A stretch of 64,000 nt of DNA from Clostridia bacterium (GTDB taxonomy: Bacteria; Bacillota; Clostridia; Oscillospirales; Acutalibacteraceae). The stretch spans positions 17,261-81,260 of the forward strand of contig JAFYVN010000010.1 of assembly GCA_017549105.1 (NCBI GenBank), given 5' to 3'. A program made the position numbers and the translations under genes. Below are positions 51,234 to 59,124 of this stretch, piece after piece. Each line of letters starts with the position of its first letter. The first letter of the stretch is position 1. Below the pieces are notes generated by a model that was given only the letters and a program-made list of their open reading frames with translations, did not search any database and was not told where the DNA came from.

Positions 51234-51424
51234 GCAATTTTGCAAAAAAATTCGCAATCTGAAATTATTTTATAAAAACGGAGAAAAACGGCGATACAGG
51301 GGCGGAAACAGGCGAAAACGGGAGAAATCAGAACAATAAAAGAAACGGAGTCCGAAAAAAAGTGAACCTATTCGGGTTTAAAAAACACCGAGTTCCGCTT
51401 TAGGGTGAGAGGAGCTTTTATGAG

Positions 51425-51459
51425 AATGCAGAATGCAAAGTGCAAAATGCAGAATGAGT
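51425..51459 (+). repeat. Heptamer tandem repeat (AATGCA[G/A]) x4-5
   Basis: aatgcag aatgcaa agtgcaa aatgcag aatgagt, enclosed by the stem GAGAGGAGCT/AGTTTCTCTC. Confidence 0.7.
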
Positions 51460-51480
51460 TTCTCTCGGAAAGGACGTGGT

Positions 51481-51966
51481 TTGTTGTCAAAGAAATTGAC
51501 AGAAAAAGAAAAGCTGTTCTGCTCTTATTATGCGCAGGGCGGCGATGCAAGAGGATGTGCCGCAAGAGCGGGTTTTTCACTGACCCCTCAGCGGAGTGCG
51601 GCAAAGCTTCTTGCAAGGGACGAAATCAGAGCGGAGATTTCAAAAATCGAAAAGAGCAGAAAAACGGCACAAGCTGCCGCAAGGGGGCTTTACCGCCTTG
51701 CTTTCGGGTCGGTTGCGGATGCTCTGAGACTTATGCTTTGCGGTGACGAAATGACTGCGGGGGATATCGAAAAGCTGGATTTTTTCAATGTTGCCGAGGT
51801 CAAACGACCCAAGGGCGGCGGTCTTGAGATTAAGTTTTTTGACAGACTCAAGGCTCTTGAAAAGCTCGAAAAAATCGGCTCGGGCGAAGAGAATCCAAAC
51901 AGCAGTTTCATTCAGGCTCTTTCGGAGGGCGCAAAGCTGATATCCGAGGAGGATGACGGTGAGTAA
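51481..51966 (+). CDS. Terminase small subunit
   Basis: LTEKEKLFCSYY...AARAG N-terminal HTH and EIKFFDRLKALEKL motif; TTG start behind AAAGGA; precedes TerL. Confidence 0.8.
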   Translation: MLSKKLTEKEKLFCSYYAQGGDARGCAARAGFSLTPQRSAAKLLARDEIRAEISKIEKSRKTAQAAARGLYRLAFGSVADALRLMLCGDEMTAGDIEKLDFFNVAEVKRPKGGGLEIKFFDRLKALEKLEKIGSGEENPNSSFIQALSEGAKLISEEDDGE

Positions 51967-53239
51967 ATCAGCAAAGAAGCAAGGCTTTACACCGTTTTCC
52001 AAAAAACAAATGAAGGCTCTGTGCTGGTGGATGCCGCAAAGTCCGCTCAGCGGATACGATGCGATAATCTGCGACGGTGCGGTGCGTTCGGGTAAGACGC
52101 TGTGTATGTCCGTCTCATTTGTAGCGTGGGCATTCTCTGCTTTTTCAGACCGTTCATTCGCTCTTTGCGGAAAAACAATTTCTTCTCTCCGCCGCAACGT
52201 TGTCACAGTTATTCTGCCCGTCTTGCGCGAACTGGGATTTGAATGTGACGAAAAATATTCAAAAAACCTCATCGAGATTTCCTATGGCGGAGCAACAAAC
52301 CGTTTTTATCTTTTCGGCGGTAAGGATGAAGGCTCTGCGGCTCTCATTCAGGGTATGACTCTTGCGGGAGTTTTGCTTGACGAAGTGACGCTGATGCCGC
52401 GTTCGTTTGTTGAGCAGGCGCTTGCAAGATGCTCGGTTGAAGGCTCAAAGCTGTGGTTTAACTGTAATCCCGAACATCCGATGCATTGGTTCCACGAGGA
52501 GTGGATAAAAAAGAAGGATGAAAAAAACTGCTGTTATCTGCATTTTACGATGAAGGATAATCCTTCGCTCACACCAGCTATTATCCGCAGATACGAGAAG
52601 CTTTATTCGGGCGCATTCTATGAGCGCTTCGTTCTCGGCAGATGGGTTGCGGCGCAAGGCTGCGTTTATCCGATGTTTTCGCAGGAGAAACACGTGGTAC
52701 ACCCTCCCGCAAGTTTTGAGAAATATTACATTTCCTGTGACTACGGAACGGTAAACCCTTCGTCGTTCGGATTGTGGGGCGAAAATGCAGGCAAGTGGTA
52801 CAGAATAAGGGAATATTACTTTGACTCACGTGCTGAGGGCAGTCAGAAAACCGACAGCGAGCATTATGCAGCTCTTTGCGAGCTTGCAGACGGGTTAAAA
52901 ATCGAAGCGGTCATCGTTGACCCTTCTGCCGCAAGCTTTATGGAATGTATAAGGCGTGACGGAAAATTCACCGTCATTCCCGCAAAGAACGATGTTATTG
53001 ACGGGATAAGACGTGTTTCCGACTGCCTCAAGGACGGAAAAATTCTTTTTTCTCCCGAATGCAAGGCTTCAATCAGGGAATTCGGTCTTTACCGATGGGA
53101 AAGCAGTTCTTCAAAGGATGCTGTACGAAAAGAAAACGACCACGCAATGGACGATATCCGCTATTTTGTTTCTACTGTTCTGACGCAGGAGGGTGATATC
53201 GGATTTTTCGCCCTTGCAACTAAAAGGAAAGGGGGTTAA
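51959..53239 (+). CDS. Terminase large subunit (PBSX-type)
   Basis: Walker A DGAVRSGKT, Walker B VLLDEV, NCNP coupling motif, nuclease motifs SCDYGTVNP and DHAMDDIRY. Confidence 0.93.
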   Translation: MSKSAKKQGFTPFSKKQMKALCWWMPQSPLSGYDAIICDGAVRSGKTLCMSVSFVAWAFSAFSDRSFALCGKTISSLRRNVVTVILPVLRELGFECDEKYSKNLIEISYGGATNRFYLFGGKDEGSAALIQGMTLAGVLLDEVTLMPRSFVEQALARCSVEGSKLWFNCNPEHPMHWFHEEWIKKKDEKNCCYLHFTMKDNPSLTPAIIRRYEKLYSGAFYERFVLGRWVAAQGCVYPMFSQEKHVVHPPASFEKYYISCDYGTVNPSSFGLWGENAGKWYRIREYYFDSRAEGSQKTDSEHYAALCELADGLKIEAVIVDPSAASFMECIRRDGKFTVIPAKNDVIDGIRRVSDCLKDGKILFSPECKASIREFGLYRWESSSSKDAVRKENDHAMDDIRYFVSTVLTQEGDIGFFALATKRKGG

Positions 53240-53242
53240 ATT

Positions 53243-54373
53243 ATGGGATTATTCAAAAGCCGAAAGGCTTCAAGAGTTTCTGCACCGGTAACGCAGAACA
53301 AAAACGGACATCCCTTCGGGATAATTGACGGCTATGTGCCGCTCGGAGTGCCTCAGATGAGGCTGTATCAGACACTCAGAGAAGCGGTGCCTGTTATTGA
53401 TGCGGCAATATTCAAATTGGTGCGTCTTACCGGTGGATTCAGCGTTGAATGCACCGATTCTGCGGCGCAGACGGCGATTGATGAATTTATCGAAAATGTT
53501 CCCGTAGGAGGCAACAGGCAGGGAATATCGGCGTTTATTTCAACCTATTTTGAACAGCTTCTGACCTGCGGTACGGCTATCGGTGAAATCGTGACCGATA
53601 CCGACGGTGTTCCACGCGCGCTGTTCAATTCTCCGCTCGAAAGTATCGAACTCAAGAGAAATAAAAACGGATTTGATGTTGATATTTTTGTCCGCAGCGG
53701 CACGGAACTCCGAAGAGTGACACGACCCGAAATGTGTCTTCTCAGCGTGCTTAATCCCGAACCGGGTGCGCTTACGGGCAATTCAATGCTCAAAGGTCTG
53801 CCGTTTGTAAGCTCCGTTCTTCTTAAAATATTCGAGAGCATCGGTGCAAACTGGGAGAGGGTCGGCAATCTCCGCTTTGCCGTCACCTACAATCCGAAAA
53901 ACGATGCTGTTGACAGAGCTTATGCCAAGGACAGAGCCTTGCAGGTTGCGAAGGAATGGGGCGAAGCAATGCAGAGCGGCTCGGAAATCAGGGATTTTGT
54001 TGCGGTCGGTGATGTTCAGATAAAGGTTATCGGCGCAGATAATCAGATTCTTGACAGTGAGGTGCCTGTGCGCCAGATGCTTGAGCAGATTGTTGCAAAA
54101 ACGGGTCTGCCGCCTTTTATGCTCGGTCTTTCGTGGTCGAGTACGGAGAGAATGTCGTCTCAGCAGGCGGATGTGCTCACAAGCGAGCTTGAAGCCTACA
54201 GAAAGCTCCTTACTCCCGTTATCAAAAAAATCTGCACGGCATTTCTGCGAGGCAACGGTTATCATTGCGGAGTAAAAATCGTCTGGGATGATATTACTCT
54301 TCAGGATGAGGTTGAACAAAGCAGAGCGATGCTCTACAGAGCTCAGGCAGAAAAATTAAAGAGAGGTGAATAA
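53243..54373 (+). CDS. Phage portal protein
   Basis: Position after TerL; GNSML clip-entry and IVAKTGLPPFMLG portal-like motifs. Confidence 0.8.
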   Translation: MGLFKSRKASRVSAPVTQNKNGHPFGIIDGYVPLGVPQMRLYQTLREAVPVIDAAIFKLVRLTGGFSVECTDSAAQTAIDEFIENVPVGGNRQGISAFISTYFEQLLTCGTAIGEIVTDTDGVPRALFNSPLESIELKRNKNGFDVDIFVRSGTELRRVTRPEMCLLSVLNPEPGALTGNSMLKGLPFVSSVLLKIFESIGANWERVGNLRFAVTYNPKNDAVDRAYAKDRALQVAKEWGEAMQSGSEIRDFVAVGDVQIKVIGADNQILDSEVPVRQMLEQIVAKTGLPPFMLGLSWSSTERMSSQQADVLTSELEAYRKLLTPVIKKICTAFLRGNGYHCGVKIVWDDITLQDEVEQSRAMLYRAQAEKLKRGE

Positions 54374-55233
54374 TTACGCAGGAAAACAAAACAAACACTC
54401 TGCCCGATGAGGAGCTTGAACTTATCGGCAGATTTGCAAGAAAAAAGCTTTCAAGCGATGAACTTTACACATTCGGAATTATCCTCTGCGATAACGAAAT
54501 CGACAGAGATAACGAAAAATTCACCGTGTCCGCATTGAACACCCTTGCAGAGCTTTTTGTGGGAAAGACGGGTATTTTTGACCACAATATGAAGAGTAAG
54601 GATCAGTCTGCAAGAATTTACACGGCGAAGGTTATCACCGATCCGTCAAGAAAAACTGCCGACGGTGAGGATTATACATATATCGAAGCCAAGGCGTATA
54701 TGGTGAGAACCGAAAAAAATAAAGACCTTATTGCAGAAATCGATGCGGGAATCAAAAAGGAAACGAGCGTCGGCTGTGCGGTAAGGGATATCAGCTGCTC
54801 AATCTGCGGCAAGAATATCAAAACGGAAGGATGCGAGCATAAAAAGGGCAACGTTTACGGCGGAAAGCTCTGCTGTTACCTGCTCTCGGAACCGACGGAT
54901 GCTTACGAATGGTCTTTTGTGGCTGTTCCCGCACAGAAGAATGCGGGTGTCATCAAGTCTTTCAACCCTTGCGAAGAAAGAGAAAAGCTTGCGGAATGGG
55001 CAAGGGAATATAACGACGAGCTTAAGAGCGATATCGTGCGCTCGGCGGCAACGGTTATTCCCGGTCTTAATAGCGAAGCCGTCAGCGAAATATGCGATGC
55101 GCTTTCGCTCAAATCACTTAAAGATTTGCGTGATGCACTCCGTATGAGTGCGCAGAAAAATCTGCCCGTTATCAGACAGCTTGAATCATCGGGCTGCGAT
55201 AACGGCAATGAAAATTCCGAGTACAAAATTTAA
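54373..55233 (+). CDS. Putative prohead protease/scaffold; apparent non-canonical ATT start
   Basis: Frame open from 54370 after an in-frame TGA; GAGGTG SD before ATT 54373; IDRDNEKF, FDHN, ETSVG and YEWSFVAVPAQ resemble HK97-type protease motifs, with a CxxC..CxH insertion. Confidence 0.7.
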   Translation: MTQENKTNTLPDEELELIGRFARKKLSSDELYTFGIILCDNEIDRDNEKFTVSALNTLAELFVGKTGIFDHNMKSKDQSARIYTAKVITDPSRKTADGEDYTYIEAKAYMVRTEKNKDLIAEIDAGIKKETSVGCAVRDISCSICGKNIKTEGCEHKKGNVYGGKLCCYLLSEPTDAYEWSFVAVPAQKNAGVIKSFNPCEEREKLAEWAREYNDELKSDIVRSAATVIPGLNSEAVSEICDALSLKSLKDLRDALRMSAQKNLPVIRQLESSGCDNGNENSEYKI

Positions 55234-55247
55234 GGAGGAAAAAATTT

Positions 55248-55586
55248 ATGTCAGTATCATTTAACGGATTTAACGAAAATACGGCAACTTTTAAGGCTGT
55301 TGAAGAAATTGCGGGCGGTGCGCCCGTTAAAATGAGCGAATCAAACACAGTTGCAGCCTGTGCAAACGGTGACAAGTTCTGCGGCTTTGCGATTGACTGC
55401 GACGGCGGTTATGCTTCAGTTCAGCTCAGCGGCACGGTTACTGCCGTTTACAGCGGCACGGCACCCGAGGTCGGCTATGCAAGTTTTGTCTCAGACGGTA
55501 CGGGTGTGAAAACAGCCGACAGCGGCAGGGAATATCTTGTTGTTGCTGTTGATGAAGCAAAGAAAACAGTTACGTTTCTTATGTAA
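55248..55586 (+). CDS. Putative capsid decoration/cement protein
   Basis: 112-aa Gly/Ala-rich beta protein directly before the MCP; strong AAGGAGG RBS. Confidence 0.55.
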   Translation: MSVSFNGFNENTATFKAVEEIAGGAPVKMSESNTVAACANGDKFCGFAIDCDGGYASVQLSGTVTAVYSGTAPEVGYASFVSDGTGVKTADSGREYLVVAVDEAKKTVTFLM

Positions 55587-55603
55587 GAAAGGAGAGAAAT
55601 ACA

Positions 55604-56608
55604 ATGGCTAATTTTGATAACATCAAACTCGAAAAGGGTCTTTATGCATCAGGCAACTTCACAAAGTCGCTCGAAAGCATCGACCCGAGTGAAAACTACA
55701 AGGGAACTTCTCTCGAGGGTCTTGACGCATATCAGCGTCAGCTCAAGAGATTCGGAATCAAGGTGGGCGGTCCCGCAAGCGACGTGGTTGATAAGTTTTT
55801 CAAGAACTCACAGAGTGCAGTGCTCTTCCCCGAATATGTTTCAAGAGCGGTAAAACAGGGTCTCGAACAGGCGGATATCCTTGCGGACGTTGTTGCTTCG
55901 ACAACATCAATCGACGGTCTTGACTACCGTTCAATCAGCTCAATTCCCACCGAAGAGGAGAAGGAAATCAAGGTTGTCAAGGAGGGTGCGTTCATCCCCG
56001 AAACAACTATCCGTACCAAGGAAAACCTTGTCAAGCTCAAGAAGAGAGGCAGAAGCCTTGTTGCTTCATACGAAGCAATCAGATTCCAGCGCCTCGACCT
56101 TTTCACCGTCACTCTCAGACAGATCGGCGCCTACATTGCAAGAACTCTTCTCAAGGATGCGATTGATGTGCTTGAAAACGGTGACGGTAACGGCAATGCG
56201 GCGGAAACTGTTTCTGTTGCTCAGGCAGGCGCTCTTACATATGCCGACCTTGTCAATTTCTGGAACGGTTTTGATCCTTATGAGCTTAACACAATCGTTG
56301 CCGATCCTGCCGTTATGGCGGAAATGCTCAATATGGAGCAGTTCAGAGATGCGGCGGCAGGTCTCAATTTCCACGGCAAGGGTGATATGATTACACCCCT
56401 TGGCGCAAAGCTTCTTAAGTCATCCGCAGTCGGTGAAGGCAAGCTTATCGGTATCGATAAGACCGCTGCTCTTGAAATGGTCAAGGCGGGCGACATTATG
56501 ACCGAATATGATAAGCTTATTGACCGCCAGCTTGAGCGCGCGGTTATCAGCTGCACAGCGGGCTTTGCAAAGATTTTTGACGGAGCATCAAAGGTGCTTT
56601 CCGTCTGA
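55604..56608 (+). CDS. Major capsid protein (HK97 fold)
   Basis: 334 aa; LFPEYV, VKEGAFIPET and KRGRSLVASYEAI patterns; position in the head module. Confidence 0.85.
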   Translation: MANFDNIKLEKGLYASGNFTKSLESIDPSENYKGTSLEGLDAYQRQLKRFGIKVGGPASDVVDKFFKNSQSAVLFPEYVSRAVKQGLEQADILADVVASTTSIDGLDYRSISSIPTEEEKEIKVVKEGAFIPETTIRTKENLVKLKKRGRSLVASYEAIRFQRLDLFTVTLRQIGAYIARTLLKDAIDVLENGDGNGNAAETVSVAQAGALTYADLVNFWNGFDPYELNTIVADPAVMAEMLNMEQFRDAAAGLNFHGKGDMITPLGAKLLKSSAVGEGKLIGIDKTAALEMVKAGDIMTEYDKLIDRQLERAVISCTAGFAKIFDGASKVLSV

Positions 56609-56623
56609 CGGGAGGGATGAGCG

Positions 56624-56989
56624 TTGATAGATTGCCTTAGCGTTTTATCTGCGCTGAGAGAATATTATTCTCCCGAGGGTACGGACGAGGAGCTTGCTCC
56701 CGTTTGCACTCTGACGGTCAACGAAATTCTGCCGAGAGTCAGGTCAAAGGAAATGCATTCGGACGGACGTCTTGTCAGCCTTGCGGCGGCGATGGTCAAC
56801 TACCGCCTCTGCGTTAAAAAGATGAGAAATTCGAACGAAGTCACATCGTTCAAGGCGGGCGACGTTACGGTTTCGGTTTCACCCAACGCGATGATTGAAC
56901 TTGCAGAAAAAGAAAAGAACGAAGCTCTTCTTGCGGCTCTTCCTCTGTTGAATGACGATGAGTTTGTTTTCAGGCAGGTGAGCATATGA
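56624..56989 (+). CDS. Putative head-tail connector (adaptor)
   Basis: 121-aa helical protein after the MCP with TSFKAGDVTVS, the typical adaptor beta-hairpin. Confidence 0.6.
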   Translation: MIDCLSVLSALREYYSPEGTDEELAPVCTLTVNEILPRVRSKEMHSDGRLVSLAAAMVNYRLCVKKMRNSNEVTSFKAGDVTVSVSPNAMIELAEKEKNEALLAALPLLNDDEFVFRQVSI

Positions 56990-57318
56990 ACATTTCACCG
57001 ATTTTTGAATCGTACGGCAGAACAGCTTCTTTTTCTGCAAAAAACGGAAAGAAGCTTGCCGATATGAAGGCGTTCATAAGCCCTCTGAGATACAAGAATA
57101 AGATGTATCTCTATGGTGTAAACACCGAAATCGGTTATAATTCGCAGGGCCATTATCTTTATATCGGACCTCCGACGCCCGATCTGACTGTTGCGGAGGA
57201 AGGTTCATATGTGACCTGTGGCGGCGAAAAATACAGAATTGACCGTGCCGAAAAGGTTTATAAGGGCGACGAAGTGTTTTATATATGGGCGATAATAAGA
57301 GTGATTGTTGAGGTGTGA
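56986..57318 (+). CDS. Putative head-closure (stopper) protein
   Basis: 110-aa beta protein, YGRTAS...GGEKYRIDRAE; position in the neck module. Confidence 0.5.
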   Translation: MNISPIFESYGRTASFSAKNGKKLADMKAFISPLRYKNKMYLYGVNTEIGYNSQGHYLYIGPPTPDLTVAEEGSYVTCGGEKYRIDRAEKVYKGDEVFYIWAIIRVIVEV

Positions 57319-57321
57319 TTT

Positions 57322-58164
57322 ATGAGTGAAATAAGTGCATTGCCGTCAAATATCGTTACGTGGCTTAAGGGTAGGAACGAACTTGCCCACATTAAGTTTC
57401 TGACGGAGTTTCCGGCAATTAAAAAAGCCGTACCGCTTAAAAACACAACGGTTGCGGTAGGCATCCAGAGTATGGAAATTGTTGATTCATTTACAGAAAA
57501 TGATGAGGGTGTTCTTGTTGAAAACGAATATTGCAGGCAGGCGAAAATAAGGCTCAGACTTTCTATTCATGCACCTTATTCTTCGGGCGGTGAAGCGTGT
57601 CACGATGCGTTTACGGATATCGTTGATTGCCTTACCTTTGCTTCGGGTCTTGATATTCTCAACTCAGGCTGTGACGGAATTGTTTCGGACAGAGATACCG
57701 ATGCCTTTGTGCTCAGTGCGTGGGCAACGGTAAATGCCTCTCTCTGCCCGGCATCAAGTTCGAGCCTTGATTTTCCGTCGTTTATCAGCAAGGAGCATCT
57801 TTGCGGTTCTCACATAAACAACAACGCAATCCATCTTTCTGCCGAACAGCAGACATATCTGAACACACCGTTTGTCAGCGGAACATATTTCGGTACGGGT
57901 GCGGCAACAAGGTCGATATCTCTCGGTTTCAAGCCGAGCGTTGTTATTGTTGTCGGCAGCGGACTTCCGATGATGTATTTTGATTCTGCGAACAATAAAT
58001 ACCACGCAATGGCGGCTGTCGGACTTTCGGACGGTGCAAGCCTCGGAATTGAGATGACGTCCACGGGATTCAAAGCAAAGAGCGGTGATTCAACCGTTGC
58101 AAAGGGATGCCATCCCTTGCTTAATGAAGCGGGTACAACCTACTTTTATATTGCTTTCAGATAA
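57322..58164 (+). CDS. Putative tail-terminator-like domain fused to a fibre-like C-terminal domain
   Basis: N-terminal about 145 aa in the terminator position; HINNNAIH motif; C-terminal GTYFGTG..RSISLGFKP...NEAGTTYFYIAF. Confidence 0.5.
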   Translation: MSEISALPSNIVTWLKGRNELAHIKFLTEFPAIKKAVPLKNTTVAVGIQSMEIVDSFTENDEGVLVENEYCRQAKIRLRLSIHAPYSSGGEACHDAFTDIVDCLTFASGLDILNSGCDGIVSDRDTDAFVLSAWATVNASLCPASSSSLDFPSFISKEHLCGSHINNNAIHLSAEQQTYLNTPFVSGTYFGTGAATRSISLGFKPSVVIVVGSGLPMMYFDSANNKYHAMAAVGLSDGASLGIEMTSTGFKAKSGDSTVAKGCHPLLNEAGTTYFYIAFR

Positions 58165-58171
58165 AAACAAA

Positions 58172-58199
58172 GCCCCGAGCCTGGATTCAGGTTCGGGGC
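58172..58199. terminator. Hairpin between the phage-like operon and the convergent host operon
   Basis: GCCCCGAGCCTG-gatt-CAGGTTCGGGGC. Confidence 0.8.
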
Positions 58200-58206
58200 G
58201 AAATGT

Positions 58207-59106
58207 TTACTTTCTCATTGCTGCAAGGTCACGGTAGTTGATGAGCTTTATGCCGTGTGCTTCGATGTGCTGACGGGTCTGCGGGTCTTTCATAACCTGA
58301 TATTCCCAAACTCTTCTCTGCCATGCACCTGATGTGCCCTTGAGGTCGTCGGTTTCGAGCGAGGGGTGAAGATAGGTTTCTGTGATGCCTTCCGGCATTG
58401 ATGTGTAGAGATTGTAGAGATATTCCTTGAAATTCTCGTAGCTTTCGTCCTGAGGTCCGCCCCATTCGTTGGGGATAAGGTGGTCGGGAAGTGCAACACC
58501 GTTTGCGTTTGCGAACTCAATGATTTTGCCGTAAACCATATCAATCATGCTCTTGTCAACATTGATTTCGAGCATTGAGTTGCCGAGCATTGCATCCGAG
58601 AAAATGCCGGGCAGACGGAAGGGGAGACCGTATTCGCCTGCGATTGCAAGAGTTGTCTGAAGAAGCTCAAATCTGCCGGTTTCGATGCCGTAGAGCGAGC
58701 CCATATGGTTGTCGAGATGTGAAGGAGTTGCAAGACCGAGCTTTTTGCAACGCTCAATCTGTGCTCTGATTTCGCCCTCAACCTCGTCGATATCGACGTG
58801 TTCTTCAACCTGGTCGCTCTCGTGCCACATAAAGCCTTCTTCGTCGCGGAGTGAGTCTGTGTTGCTTGTGTTGACGGGTGCCCAACGGTACTTTGACCAT
58901 TCACTTGTAAAAGTGAGGTGAACACCGATTGCAAGCTCGGGATTAGCTGCCGCAAACTGGCAAGCCTCGGGTGCCCAGGCGCAGGGAGTCATAATTGTTG
59001 ACGATGTGAGTGCGCTCTTCTCATCTTTGAGAAGGTCCATAACAGCAAGGTTTGCACCTCTGCACATACCGAAATCGTCTGCGTTGATAATAAGATATCT
59101 GTCCAT
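58207..59106 (-). CDS. YdjC/ChbG-family carbohydrate deacetylase
   Basis: LIINADDFG, GVHLT, SHLDNHMG and YLHP motifs. Confidence 0.9.
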   Translation of the reverse strand: MDRYLIINADDFGMCRGANLAVMDLLKDEKSALTSSTIMTPCAWAPEACQFAAANPELAIGVHLTFTSEWSKYRWAPVNTSNTDSLRDEEGFMWHESDQVEEHVDIDEVEGEIRAQIERCKKLGLATPSHLDNHMGSLYGIETGRFELLQTTLAIAGEYGLPFRLPGIFSDAMLGNSMLEINVDKSMIDMVYGKIIEFANANGVALPDHLIPNEWGGPQDESYENFKEYLYNLYTSMPEGITETYLHPSLETDDLKGTSGAWQRRVWEYQVMKDPQTRQHIEAHGIKLINYRDLAAMRK

Positions 59107-59124
59107 TTTAATTTTCCTTTCCGA

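Larger units (their letters stand above)
51481..58164 (+). mobile_element. Phage-derived packaging/head/neck operon without integrase, tail or lysis genes (GTA-like or domesticated prophage module)
   Basis: Nine tightly packed co-directional ORFs in canonical order TerS-TerL-portal-protease-decoration-MCP-connector-closure-terminator, bounded by mgtE and a host glycan operon. Confidence 0.8.

Noticed and set aside
51481-58164. Complete inducible prophage, or an encapsulin locus
   Set aside because: No integration, replication, tail or lysis genes for a prophage; terminase and portal argue against an encapsulin. A decayed prophage remnant is not excluded without comparative data.
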